NCBI GenBank assembly: GCA_944350265.1
Contig: CALVOG010000001.1
Coordinates: 149,470 to 213,469, forward strand
Source of the DNA: an uncultured Clostridia bacterium
Lineage (GTDB): Bacteria > Bacillota > Clostridia > Christensenellales > UBA1242
Length of the DNA stretch: 64,000 nucleotides
Direction of reading: 5' to 3'
In this document: positions 53,825 to 63,565 of the stretch, in pieces
Numbering within the stretch: the stretch's first letter is position 1
How the letters are laid out: each line of letters opens with the position of its first letter
The notes under the pieces: model-generated
Databases searched by the model: none
Told to the model about the DNA's origin: nothing
What the model saw: the letters and a program-made list of their open reading frames with translations, nothing else
Translations under genes and position numbers: made by a program

Positions 53825-54445
53825 TCAAACATTTTTCGCATTTTTTAGGTTCGCCTCGGCTTGTGACGGGCGGATGTAAAGCGGTTCCAGCCTGCTTGGT
53901 GAAATATTTTCTCCTCTTTGCACTTTCAATAGGGCAAATTCGGCAAGTTTTTCAGGGCTAAACTCCACAACTTCGGCGTTTTTTAGGCTCAAATCGTCCT
54001 TCAATGTGATATATTTTCCATTTTCGTCAAGTTTATCCACCATTTTTTCGGTTTCCACCTTTTCGCCGTTTTCGAAGGTCGCCACAAAATAGAGCGAAGA
54101 TAGAGCATTGAGAACGGTGTGGACGCGTTCGGTGTGTCCGTATATATATGCCATAAGTTCCAAACTTGTTATAGGATAGATTTTAAGGTCGTTTTTGACG
54201 CACGAAAGCGCTTTCACAATCGCCACGCCAATCCTTATTCCTGTGAACGAGCCAGGTCCAACAACAACGGCAACGCTGTCGATATTTCGAAAAACAACGC
54301 CCGCCTCCTCGCACATTTCGTCGATATTTTTAAGCACATTTTCAGCGTGCTTACTTTTCGCGTCAATAGTTCGAAAAAAACTCTTTTCGCCCACAACAAG
54401 CGCCAAATCCGCGTCCGCAAACGCCGTGTTAATTGCAAGAAGCAT
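53825..54445 (-). CDS. tsaB: tRNA threonylcarbamoyladenosine biosynthesis protein TsaB
   Basis: LAINTA..DADLAL, VVGPGSFTGIRIGVA. Overlaps tsaE by 17 nt. Confidence 0.85.
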   Translation of the reverse strand: MLLAINTAFADADLALVVGEKSFFRTIDAKSKHAENVLKNIDEMCEEAGVVFRNIDSVAVVVGPGSFTGIRIGVAIVKALSCVKNDLKIYPITSLELMAYIYGHTERVHTVLNALSSLYFVATFENGEKVETEKMVDKLDENGKYITLKDDLSLKNAEVVEFSPEKLAEFALLKVQRGENISPSRLEPLYIRPSQAEANLKNAKNV

Positions 54446-54875
54446 TTTCGCCCTCCGTTAAAATTATTTTTCGCCTACGTTCTGTCACCTTTTCAATCTT
54501 AACAACAAAATCAACGTCCTTAATTAAGCCCGCCACATTTTCTGGCCACTCCACAAAAACAACGCCGTCAAGTTTAGATTTATCGAAGTATTCGTCAAAG
54601 CCCACCGCCGACGCCTCTTCTGCCGAAGCAAGCCGATACATATCAAAGTGGTATATTGGAAATTTGCCCTCATAGATGTTAAGAAGCGTGAATGTTGGGC
54701 TTGTCACCGCGTCGTTAGAGCCGAGATATTTAGCCAAACTCTTAACAAGCGTGGTTTTACCCGCGCCAAGGTCACCCGTGAGAAGAACAATCTTTGGCGG
54801 AGTTAAAAGTTTACTAAACGCTCGCGCAAAGTAGTCGATTTGTTTTTCATTTATGATATCCATTTGAACTTTCAT
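54429..54875 (-). CDS. tsaE: tRNA t6A ATPase TsaE
   Basis: LTGDLGAGKTTLVK, SPTFTL, YHFDMYRL. Confidence 0.9.
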   Translation of the reverse strand: MKVQMDIINEKQIDYFARAFSKLLTPPKIVLLTGDLGAGKTTLVKSLAKYLGSNDAVTSPTFTLLNIYEGKFPIYHFDMYRLASAEEASAVGFDEYFDKSKLDGVVFVEWPENVAGLIKDVDFVVKIEKVTERRRKIILTEGENASCN

Positions 54876-55219
54876 ATCTTTTCCCTTTCCTAATTGTTTT
54901 CTATTATTCTTTTACTCTAATTATTCTTATACCCTAATTACCTAACTTTATTTAACTCTTTTTACTTTATTTAATTAATTTATCTCTCTATTTATCTCTC
55001 TATTCACTCTTTTTTTATTCTCCCTTTATTTCAACCTGCTTAATATCTTTTCTTATTTAACCACTTTTCTTACCACTTTTAATCTTTTTTTTGCCTTTTT
55101 ATTTATCTAACCACTTATAAAATTACTCTATTCAACCACATAAGTAAATTGTAAATCTTTATGCCTATATTTTAACTACTACATATATTATAACCGCAAC
55201 ATTTTCATTTTTCTATTAA
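54876..55219. other. 344-nt G-depleted (plus strand) intergenic tract
   Basis: My count gives 7 G in 344 nt, with none between 54897 and 55036. T is roughly half of the bases. No ORF. Confidence 0.9.
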
Positions 55220-55792
55220 CTACTTATTTTCTTTTTTAGGTTCTTTCTTCTTTACGTAGTCTTTTTTAAAGGTGAAAATTAAAAGAAGAAGCCCCAGCGC
55301 ACCCATCATCATTCCAAGCCCAGCGCCTGCAAGAACATCGGTTAGGTAGTGCTTGCCAAGATACATCCGCGACAGCATAACAAGCAAGACGTAAACAACA
55401 AGCGACACCGTGATTAACGCTCGCGCACCCCGCCCCTTCATCACTGAGAAGAGGTAGAAGCCCAAAAACATCGCAATCAGCACTGCGCAAACCGTGTGTC
55501 CGCTTGGCATACTGAAACTCGTCACCTTGTCGCCGATGCTGACGATGGTGTCGTATGCGTTAAAAGGGCGCTCGCGCATAAAGTGGTTTTTAAGCGCCGA
55601 CTGCACAAGGTATGTGAAGCCATAAGTGAGGAGAAAGAAAAAGGCGTATCTTCGCTTAAAGATAAGAAAGAAGATAACAAGCGCCACCGCGCCGACGTAA
55701 CTGCCAACAAGCGAAATCACTTGAAAAGCAACATCGAAGAATGGTGTTCGCCCGCCCTGCAAAAATTCAATTATTCTCGCCTCAAAACCCAT
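55220..55792 (-). CDS. PAP2 family phosphatase (undecaprenyl-diphosphatase/BcrC-like)
   Basis: KxxxxxxRP (KNHFMRERP), PSGH (SMPSGHT), SRxxxxxHxxxD (SRMYLGKHYLTD). About 6 TM segments. Confidence 0.8.
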   Translation of the reverse strand: MGFEARIIEFLQGGRTPFFDVAFQVISLVGSYVGAVALVIFFLIFKRRYAFFFLLTYGFTYLVQSALKNHFMRERPFNAYDTIVSIGDKVTSFSMPSGHTVCAVLIAMFLGFYLFSVMKGRGARALITVSLVVYVLLVMLSRMYLGKHYLTDVLAGAGLGMMMGALGLLLLIFTFKKDYVKKKEPKKENK

Positions 55793-55886
55793 AGAGATAT
55801 TTTAGCAAAAAGATGAGAAAAAAACAACATTTATTCGACAATATTTTCCTAAATCACTCACTTTTTTAGTTTTGCACGCGTTTTGA

Positions 55887-56575
55887 GGTGACACTGTCAC
55901 TTTTTGTGGTGTCGCGTGCTAGGCAGTGTCGCTTATACCAAAGGCAGGGCAGTTATTTGTCATTCTGAGCGTAGCGAAGAATCTCGTCGTAGCACCAGCC
56001 CGCGAACGTCTAATAATTCCTCTTAAGAAACACTTGCTTAAGAAACACTTGCCACGCAATACCATTTCTACCGCTAGGACTGTCAGCCTATTTGTCATTT
56101 TGTGCGGAGCGAAGAATGGTCGTAGGTGACGCTGTCACATTCTAAGGTGTCGCGTGCTAGGCAGTGTCACTTATACCGAAGGCAAGGCAGTTATTTGTCA
56201 TTCTGAGGCAACGCCGAAGAATCTCGTCGTAGCACCAGCCCGCGAACGTCTAATAATTCCTCATAAAAAATGCTTAGCGTTTACTTTACACTAAGCGTTG
56301 TATTTTAAAATTTTAAGCACTTGCTTTTAATATCTATTCGTCAAAGTGGTAATTTTAGAGTTTTGTAAGCCGTTATACGACGAGATTCTTCGCTGGCGTC
56401 GCCTTGCTTCTTGCTCAGAATGACATTTAACGATATCGCTTTGTGGTTTAGGTTATTTTGCAAACATACTATATCATCCATCACCAAGCCCGCGGACGTC
56501 TAATCTTTCCTATTTTTATTTGCAAAACGCGACTAAGCCACATATCAATCATCCAAGTGCGCTTGGTCCTCGTCA
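55887..56575. repeat. mosaic intergenic repeat cluster L9, the largest (Y-X-Z, W-X-Y-X-Z, B-rev, long Z)
   Basis: X cores at 55958, 56096 and 56197 (forward), B-rev at 56341-56440, long Z at 56475-56567 whose end box overlaps the recombinase stop region. Confidence 0.9.
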
Positions 56576-57603
56576 TAAATTCGCACTTTTTTTGCCACAT
56601 TGCGCCTTAAATCGTCGCTTATCGCTGCATAGTGCTTCTTGGTTGTGTTGACGTCCTTATGCCCCAAAATATCCGCAACGATATAGATATCGTTAGTTTC
56701 TCGGTAAAGATTCGTGCCGAAAGTGGAGCGCAATTTATGTGGTGTGATTTTTTTCAGTGGTGTGCTTTCATAGGCAAACTTTCGCACAATATTTTCCACC
56801 GCGCGCGTGCAAATGCGCCTGTTTTGAAGCGACAAAAACATCGCCTTTTCGTTTTCGCCGATAGGCAAAGTTTCGCGCAGTGAAAGCCACTCCATAAGCG
56901 CATATTTAACGTCGTTTGGATAATATAAAATGGTTTGATTTCCGCCCTTTCTTGTCACCTTGAAAGCGTTTTGCTGAAAGTCGAAATCTTCCACATTAAG
57001 CCCCACAAGTTCGCTGACACGTATGCCCGTGCCAAGGAAAAGCGTGACGATGGCGTTGTCGCGCACCTTCGTGTTTTTGTTGTAATTTCGCTGGCGTGCG
57101 GAAAAGGTCGATGGCTCCCAAACCGCGTCTAAAAGTTTTTCCACCTCGTCGCCCTCAAGCCTAACAATACCCTTTGTGTGGAGTTTTGGCGTTGGCACCT
57201 TGCTGACCACATTTTTGGAAATAAGGTCGTGGTTAAAGAGGTAGCGGAAAAAACTGCGAATGCTGGCGAGTTTGCGCGCCTTGCCGTTTTCGGTGTTGCG
57301 AAAAACCTTGTCGCCCACCGTGTAGTAACTTAAATACGAGAGGTAACTTTCAATATGACGCGCCTCCAAACTGTCAAGGTCTTTAAGCGTTATGTTCGCC
57401 TTGTCCTTATTTAAAACATAGCGCGAAATATAGTCATAAAAAATCGACAGGTCCATCGCATAATTTAATCGCGTAAGCGAAGAAGTTGAAAGTTCCATAC
57501 CCGTGAAAAAATCATAGCAATATTCGGGCAAATCGGCAAGATAGGAGCCGATTTTTTGCATATTATCCAAATCTCTTTTCTCAAAATACGACAGCGTTTT
57601 CAT
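56545..57603 (-). CDS. tyrosine-type site-specific recombinase (XerC/XerD/phage integrase family)
   Basis: Catalytic residues in GTGIRVSELVGL (R), TPHKLRSTFGT (HxxR) and LGHKDVNTTKKHYA (H..Y). SAM-like N-terminal domain. Start set to MKTLSYFEK (57603). Confidence 0.8.
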   Translation of the reverse strand: MKTLSYFEKRDLDNMQKIGSYLADLPEYCYDFFTGMELSTSSLTRLNYAMDLSIFYDYISRYVLNKDKANITLKDLDSLEARHIESYLSYLSYYTVGDKVFRNTENGKARKLASIRSFFRYLFNHDLISKNVVSKVPTPKLHTKGIVRLEGDEVEKLLDAVWEPSTFSARQRNYNKNTKVRDNAIVTLFLGTGIRVSELVGLNVEDFDFQQNAFKVTRKGGNQTILYYPNDVKYALMEWLSLRETLPIGENEKAMFLSLQNRRICTRAVENIVRKFAYESTPLKKITPHKLRSTFGTNLYRETNDIYIVADILGHKDVNTTKKHYAAISDDLRRNVAKKVRIYDEDQAHLDD

Positions 57604-57687
57604 ACAATAATTATACCAACATCGCCAAAAAAAGTAAAACAAATTTAGCGCAAAAAGCGTTTAACTGCGATTAAGTGCCATCCGCTC

Positions 57688-58020
57688 AAAGTGGTAATGT
57701 TTGAGTTTGTGTAAGTGAGTTCTACGACGAGATTCTTCGCTAGCGTCACTACCGCTCCTTGCTCAGAATGACATTTAACGGTATCGCCTTACGGTATGCA
57801 CACTGCGTCGTTTTTGATGTTGTGTATTCTTCTATAGCTTAACGCGCAGTAACACCTATACCGCAAAGACTATCACGCTATTTGTCATTCTGAGGCGAAG
57901 CCGAAGAATCTCGTCGTAGGTGACACTGTCACTTTTTGTCGTTTCGCGTGCTAAACATTATTGCTTACATCAAGAAAAACCACAATATCATCACCCGCGT
58001 ATGTCAAATTATTCCTCTTT
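57688..58020. repeat. mosaic intergenic repeat cluster L10 (B-rev, Y-like, W, X, Y, Z)
   Basis: B-rev at 57688-57780, X at 57884-57919 (core ggcgaagcc), Y hairpin GTGACactGTCAC at 57920, Z remnant cacccgcgtatgtcaaattattcc. Confidence 0.9.
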
Positions 58021-58085
58021 AGAAAAAAGCAACAAAACGCGCAAGGGTTAAATCATTTTTAAACTAGCGTAATAAAAAAGAAAAA

Positions 58086-58118
58086 GAGTTCTACTTTTTA
58101 GCGGTAAAACTCTTTTTT
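58086..58118. terminator. terminator-like hairpin, second copy of the 7335 hairpin
   Basis: GAGTTcTAC-tttttagcg-GTAaAACTC followed by TTTTTT. One-base difference from 7336-7369. Confidence 0.5.
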
Positions 58119-58503
58119 AATTAGTTTGAAAATTTATAAACAAGATTGCAAACTTTTGAAACTAGCAGAAAATTTAGAATTTTGCCAAAGTGACAAAATC
58201 CTTTTTTTATTTAGCATGCATACTAATATGTTTACTATATTTTCTAAATATTATAGTCATGTTATCATATAGAGAATAAGAAAAAATCAATTTACGCTGA
58301 CTATTATATTTTATTTATGTTATAATTAGATTATAAAATTTTATTTAAATGTTAGAGATTTATTATGAAAAGTTTCAACTATGTAGAATGTTTATATAAA
58401 AACAGGAGAAATTTAAAAAGACTAAAATAAAGACAAAATAGAACTAAAAAAGGAAATTTGTAAATTTTGGAGTATATGTATATTATCTTTGCTTGGAGGT
58501 TTT

Positions 58504-58980
58504 ATGCGAATAAAAGACAATCTTAATAATAAGAAAATTAAATATGAATATGTGTCAAAAAAAGGTTATGGATTTGAATTAGATAATCCAATTCAAGTTG
58601 CAAAAGTAAATGATATATATTGGCTTTTAAAAAATATATATTTGAAAAATTCTTGCGGGAAAATCATTGATTATGACAGACGTTCAATGAAAAGTTCGTT
58701 ATATAGGGGTTTGGTAGACAATTTTGAAGTTTTGTTTGAAATTAAAAATGGAAGTGAATTAGAATATAAATTATATGATTTATTTTTTTGCGCATATCCC
58801 AAACTTGAAGATGAAAGAACAGAGACTGGATACATATTAGAAAATTTTAATAAAGGTATTGAAATTCCAAATGAGTTTCAGTTAATAGATAAACAAATAA
58901 TAAATGGACAAAACAAAATAAATTGTAAACTATATATTTTTTTTAATTTTGATTTATTTAACTATGCCTCAACATTATAG
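58504..58980 (+). CDS. hypothetical cytoplasmic protein (158 aa) in low-GC island
   Basis: GGAGG RBS, then 3 nt, then ATG at 58504. Its 3' end overlaps the convergent lipoprotein gene by 19 nt. No family recognised. Confidence 0.45.
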   Translation: MRIKDNLNNKKIKYEYVSKKGYGFELDNPIQVAKVNDIYWLLKNIYLKNSCGKIIDYDRRSMKSSLYRGLVDNFEVLFEIKNGSELEYKLYDLFFCAYPKLEDERTETGYILENFNKGIEIPNEFQLIDKQIINGQNKINCKLYIFFNFDLFNYASTL

Positions 58981-61160
58981 TAGCCAAGTGCAATTCCCAT
59001 GAAACCTTCATTCTTTGTGATAGGGAAAAGTAGACCTATTTCACTTGCATCTTCTGCAAAAATACCACTTGTGCTTGGAACAGTTTCAGTCCCTGTATTT
59101 GAACTGTTGAATTGAATCAAAGAACTGTTCTGAATGTTTTGTAAATCAATATTACCAAGAGCATAACTTGCAAGCGGATCGCCATCTACCATAAAGAGTG
59201 GAGCACCTGTTGAACTTGAAGCGGATGCATACGCCGAATAGTAAGGATCAGTGCTTTCAAAATTGATAACTTCTACGCCATCTATAGTTAAACTCCCTCT
59301 AATTGGAATTGATGTTGGACCTTCTGCACTTGAATGTTTAAACAATACTTGGAAGTTGAGATATGAATATTCGCCTTGGCTTTCAGCAATCAAAGTCTTA
59401 GTATTCAAAGATTGAGAACGGAAAAGTTTATCAATACTTGTAATCATAGAGATGTAACTTTCTGCACCATGTTGAACAAACCATGACTCTGTTCCGTTGA
59501 CCAAAGATTCAAGAGTGGAATTTTCTACATTTATATATGTTGGAAGTCCATCCTTAACAGTCTCAGTGTTTGCTTTATAAATATGGTCAGCGATAATTGC
59601 AGGTCCACCTGAATTCGTCAATTCACTATTTATGATATCAATTTGCCCAGCGCCCCACGCATAGATGTTGCAGTTATAACTATCGGTTGCCACAACATTA
59701 TTTATCAATGTATAGCAGTTATTTCTATATAAATGATAATTGCTGTTATTTCCTTGTGGGAAGAAACTGATATAAAATGATGTAATATTCATATTATCTA
59801 ATGTTGTATTTATATTACCAGTCTTCATCATAATAAGTCCACCCGCTTTAACTGTTGTCAAAATTTCATTTGCACCTTCTGCGGCTGTTGACTTGTTAGC
59901 ATTACCAAAAAGATTAAAGTTTTTGATAATTGCAACAGAATTATTTTTATAATCCTCTTCTTCAAGAAGCCCACTTGCTGTTCCTTCTATCATAAATAAT
60001 TGAGCGTGGCTTTCACCACCGCCAGGCTGCCATGTGTTTGAAATATATGTAACATAAGGCATATCACTTGCATCAATAGAATAATAATTTCCAATCATAC
60101 TGAAAGTTTCGTTTTTGCCAACATTGTGTTGCAGTATGCTAGAATAGTCTTTAAATGAACCATCAATATCATTAGCATTCAAAATATCATAATCAGATTG
60201 ATTTGTAGCACCAAAAGCATCCATTTCTTCTTCTGTATAGAAGAAACTACTTGGAACACTATCTTTTGTAATTGTTAAATCTGTATGCAAAATAATGCTG
60301 TCAACATCTGTTGATATTCCATTTTCAGATTGAATTTCTGCCCATGGAGAATTTGAACGATTATCCATTGCAGAAAGATCTGCAACATCATAAACATTCC
60401 ATCCATCCACAACTTCAACTACAAAAGAGAAAGATGGGTTTACAACGTCAGTTGCAAATGGATAACTATCTGCTACATTCATAGTAATTCTAAATGTGTT
60501 GTTTATTGCATTTTCAGTAAAATCAAGAGTTTGATTTTCATTATCCACTTCCACGTAATATGCAACATTCGAAACAGCAGAGAAACTGTCACCTTCTAGA
60601 ATTTCAATAGTGGTTTCAGTCGTAAAGGTTGAAAGTTGGTTTATGTCACCGCTATCAAATAATGCCAAAACTTGAGGCTTGAATATAAATTCATTGGCAT
60701 CACCAACATAATAAGCACTTGTTGAATCTTTAAATAAAGTTTTATTAGCGTTGAAATCGCTTATCACTTCAGGTGCTGCAACGCCATAAACATTTAAAAC
60801 GCCGACAGGCACAACCATCACATTAACTTGAATTTCGTGACTTTCTTCATCTTCAGTGCCCAAATTTTCTGTATATGTAATAACTAAAATTCTTTCCCCT
60901 TCGGTGGAAGTGTCGATTGTGGAAAATGACAAACTTTCATCACTTCCTTCAATTTCTTCAGTTGATTCGTCATCATAAGAAATAACAACAACCACATTTG
61001 AAAAATTTGGTGTTGAACCAACATTCACTGTTGGCATTGTCCCATCCTTAATGGCCATACTAACAAATTCTTTATTTGGATCATCACCACAGCAACCTGA
61101 CACTAAGAATGCCACACCAAATGTAAAGACCATAAGTAAAGCCAGCATAATCTTTTTCAT
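58962..61160 (-). CDS. large surface lipoprotein, N-terminal Ig-like domain plus probable right-handed beta-helix (732 aa)
   Basis: AAGGAG RBS. Lipobox FLVSGC. Ig-like segment (VNVGSTPNFSNVVVVISYDD..ERILVITYTE). Repetitive N/G/S/T-rich strands (NIYAWGAGQIDIINSELTNSGGPAIIADH). Confidence 0.6.
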   Translation of the reverse strand: MKKIMLALLMVFTFGVAFLVSGCCGDDPNKEFVSMAIKDGTMPTVNVGSTPNFSNVVVVISYDDESTEEIEGSDESLSFSTIDTSTEGERILVITYTENLGTEDEESHEIQVNVMVVPVGVLNVYGVAAPEVISDFNANKTLFKDSTSAYYVGDANEFIFKPQVLALFDSGDINQLSTFTTETTIEILEGDSFSAVSNVAYYVEVDNENQTLDFTENAINNTFRITMNVADSYPFATDVVNPSFSFVVEVVDGWNVYDVADLSAMDNRSNSPWAEIQSENGISTDVDSIILHTDLTITKDSVPSSFFYTEEEMDAFGATNQSDYDILNANDIDGSFKDYSSILQHNVGKNETFSMIGNYYSIDASDMPYVTYISNTWQPGGGESHAQLFMIEGTASGLLEEEDYKNNSVAIIKNFNLFGNANKSTAAEGANEILTTVKAGGLIMMKTGNINTTLDNMNITSFYISFFPQGNNSNYHLYRNNCYTLINNVVATDSYNCNIYAWGAGQIDIINSELTNSGGPAIIADHIYKANTETVKDGLPTYINVENSTLESLVNGTESWFVQHGAESYISMITSIDKLFRSQSLNTKTLIAESQGEYSYLNFQVLFKHSSAEGPTSIPIRGSLTIDGVEVINFESTDPYYSAYASASSSTGAPLFMVDGDPLASYALGNIDLQNIQNSSLIQFNSSNTGTETVPSTSGIFAEDASEIGLLFPITKNEGFMGIALGYYNVEA

Positions 61161-61403
61161 AAAAAACTCCTTATCTCAATTTATGCAAACATGAACACAT
61201 CTGCATTTGACAATTTCAGTATAAACAATTTGAAATAAAGTTGTCAAACAATTTTCTAAAAAAATATTTTTTTGTTTTTTTAGTTAAAAAAAATTTAACA
61301 ATTTTATTTTCTTCTAATTTATGAAAATTATAGTAAAAATTTAAAGTTTTATACCTTTTTTTGCAAAAAAAATGGATTTTACATCATTTTATAGACTATT
61401 TTT

Positions 61404-61440
61404 TGTAAAAAGAGGTTTGAAAATTTCAAACCTCTTTTAT
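61404..61440. terminator. terminator after the Big_2 protein gene
   Basis: AGAGGTTTGAAA/TTTCAAACCTCT perfect palindromic hairpin flanked by A- and T-runs. Confidence 0.6.
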
Positions 61441-61467
61441 TACTATTTTAAAATATTTATAGGAAAA

Positions 61468-61866
61468 TTATCTATTTATTGCCACAATCCAAACAGTCTC
61501 AGAAGCAATCGTCCCATCCGTAGATGCTATACGAACTACAATAAGTCCAGGGGAATTAAAGACAACTGTTCCAAGATCAGTCACTGTAGCCACTGTTTGA
61601 TTTTCGTCATAAATAAATCTTACATCTTTATTTGTGGCATCATCAGGAGTTACACGATAACTTAGTTGAACACCGGTGTTACCTTCAATATAATCAACAA
61701 TAATCATCTTATAATCACCCATATCTCTTGCTTCTTCGTTTATACATTCAATTTCTCTCACATAAATAATATTGCTGTAAACTACCTGTCTCATACCAAA
61801 GAAACCAATAATAAGAATTGAGGCAATATAGACCAAACCAATAACAATTAAAACCGACTTTTTCAT
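61468..61866 (-). CDS. membrane-anchored Big_2 (bacterial Ig-like group 2) domain protein
   Basis: N-terminal TM segment. The segment YRVTPDDATNKDVRFIYDENQTVATVTDLGTVVFNSPGLIVVRIASTDG matches the Big_2 pattern. Confidence 0.65.
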   Translation of the reverse strand: MKKSVLIVIGLVYIASILIIGFFGMRQVVYSNIIYVREIECINEEARDMGDYKMIIVDYIEGNTGVQLSYRVTPDDATNKDVRFIYDENQTVATVTDLGTVVFNSPGLIVVRIASTDGTIASETVWIVAINR

Positions 61867-61867
61867 A

Positions 61868-63565
61868 CTATTTTTCCTCCCTGTATGGTCTTAAATAATA
61901 GAGTTTTATTTTGGTAAAGAACATATAGACTCTGTAGGCCACAAAGATAAATGAGAAGAAAAAGATTTTCCAATAGACAGTGTTCGCATTTTCGTTTAAT
62001 AAAAATAGTGATATTCCACAAACCAAAATTGCAATGATAAACGCAATTAATATTGACTTATTCTCGTTTGGATTATTGATGTTTTGTCCAGTAGTTTGAT
62101 ATTGCTCAAACTGCGGATTCATAATATCCATCTCTGCGCTCCAAAAAAGATGCCCAGTAAATAAACATAGCAAACATAATATCAACATAATGGTGTTGAA
62201 AACACTTAAACCTGCAAAAGATTCAAACACAAGAGTGGCAGCAATAATTGAACAAATCATAACCACCCAATTTATAACTAGTTTTGGCAAAAGAGATATG
62301 TAGTATTTTTGAGGATTGGTTTTATAAAGATAATGAGCATTTCCCTCTTCGCTATAAACTTTCGCCAAAGCAGAATTGCTAGACAATGAAAATAAAACGA
62401 TTATTAAAATGTTGAATGCGATAGTCATGTAAGTTCCAGCAAGTCGAACTGACATAGCCGAGAAAATTCTGTTCAAAAAGAGAATGGCGACTGGCAAGCC
62501 TATTGCAATTAAAAGCAGTGTATAAAGTTTTGTTGGCGTTCGCATGATGTCAATAAATTCTTTTTTAACGCCTGACCAAAATGAAGGCAATTTATGGTTT
62601 TTATATTCATTTTCAATGATTTTTTTCTGATATTCGAATGGTTTTGACGCCATTTTGAAAAATAATGGACGAACAATTAAAAAACTCAAACCTAAAACTA
62701 TTGCAATACCAACTATAAATGATACTAGATAAATCAAAGTGTTTAATGTAAAAATTTGAGCAGAAAGATTGACCACTGTTCCAACCATCATAGTGGTTAA
62801 GCAAGTGAACGGATAAAATATTCTAGCAAAACCAGCCAAAAAGTCTTGAATATCCCAAAAAAGTGTCCCCCAACTTCCGACAATATTTATGTCTTCTGGA
62901 ATGATATTGATAAGAGCCACTATCCCCCAAGTTACAAGCCCAATAAAAACAGCCACGCTCACAAGTTCGACAATTCTATTTTTCTTCAACACTATTGCAA
63001 TTCCCATAAGAGGAATACTAAATAATGCTCCCAATGCAACTGGAACAAGAGCAACAATAAACAGGCAAACGAGAAGCCATGGATAATAATAAAATGGAAG
63101 ACTATTCACAGCACCAAATGCAATGAAAAGTGGCAAAATAAATGTTACACTTTTGATGAGTTCATTTATGTAATAAACAATAAGTTTTGATATAAATATT
63201 TTTGTTTTTGTAACAGGGAAAGTCAAAAGTATTTGATTATCACGAGCAAAATAAAACGATTTCATAAGTCCAAATGAACAGGTAATAATAGATAGCAACA
63301 TCATAATAGTAAAAATAAAGACTAACACATTGTTAGGAATAGTCAAACTAAAAGAGAAAATACGCAAAACACTAGCAAAATAAAAGACAAAGTATATTGC
63401 AACTGTAAGTGCAATAAAACCAATCAACATAAGTGACAATCTCAGGAAAGCCTTTTTCTTGTTTTTAAGGAAATTCAAATTTATCTTGTTTTTGAGTTGC
63501 ATCATAACAAGTGCTTTCAACGAGACATAATCTTGATTTTTCTTTTTTACTTTTGTCTCACTCAT
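61868..63565 (-). CDS. ABC exporter-type multi-pass permease (565 aa, about 13 TM)
   Basis: Highly hydrophobic. Its ATG overlaps the upstream ATPase stop (ATGA). Assigned from its coupling to the ABC ATPase. Confidence 0.55.
   Translation of the reverse strand: MSETKVKKKNQDYVSLKALVMMQLKNKINLNFLKNKKKAFLRLSLMLIGFIALTVAIYFVFYFASVLRIFSFSLTIPNNVLVFIFTIMMLLSIITCSFGLMKSFYFARDNQILLTFPVTKTKIFISKLIVYYINELIKSVTFILPLFIAFGAVNSLPFYYYPWLLVCLFIVALVPVALGALFSIPLMGIAIVLKKNRIVELVSVAVFIGLVTWGIVALINIIPEDINIVGSWGTLFWDIQDFLAGFARIFYPFTCLTTMMVGTVVNLSAQIFTLNTLIYLVSFIVGIAIVLGLSFLIVRPLFFKMASKPFEYQKKIIENEYKNHKLPSFWSGVKKEFIDIMRTPTKLYTLLLIAIGLPVAILFLNRIFSAMSVRLAGTYMTIAFNILIIVLFSLSSNSALAKVYSEEGNAHYLYKTNPQKYYISLLPKLVINWVVMICSIIAATLVFESFAGLSVFNTIMLILCLLCLFTGHLFWSAEMDIMNPQFEQYQTTGQNINNPNENKSILIAFIIAILVCGISLFLLNENANTVYWKIFFFSFIFVAYRVYMFFTKIKLYYLRPYREEK

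Noticed and set aside
54876-55219. A hidden small gene or polypurine/polypyrimidine mirror repeat in the G-poor tract
   Set aside because: There is no ORF with start context. The tract contains about 27% A on the pyrimidine-rich strand and lacks mirror symmetry, so classic H-DNA is not supported. I reported it only as a compositional anomaly.
58210-58240. A dif-like Xer site near the recombinase (..atgcatactaatatgtttact..)
   Set aside because: The right arm matches the B. subtilis dif XerD arm at 8 of 11 positions, but the left arm matches at only 4 of 11 and the region is generic AT-rich DNA.
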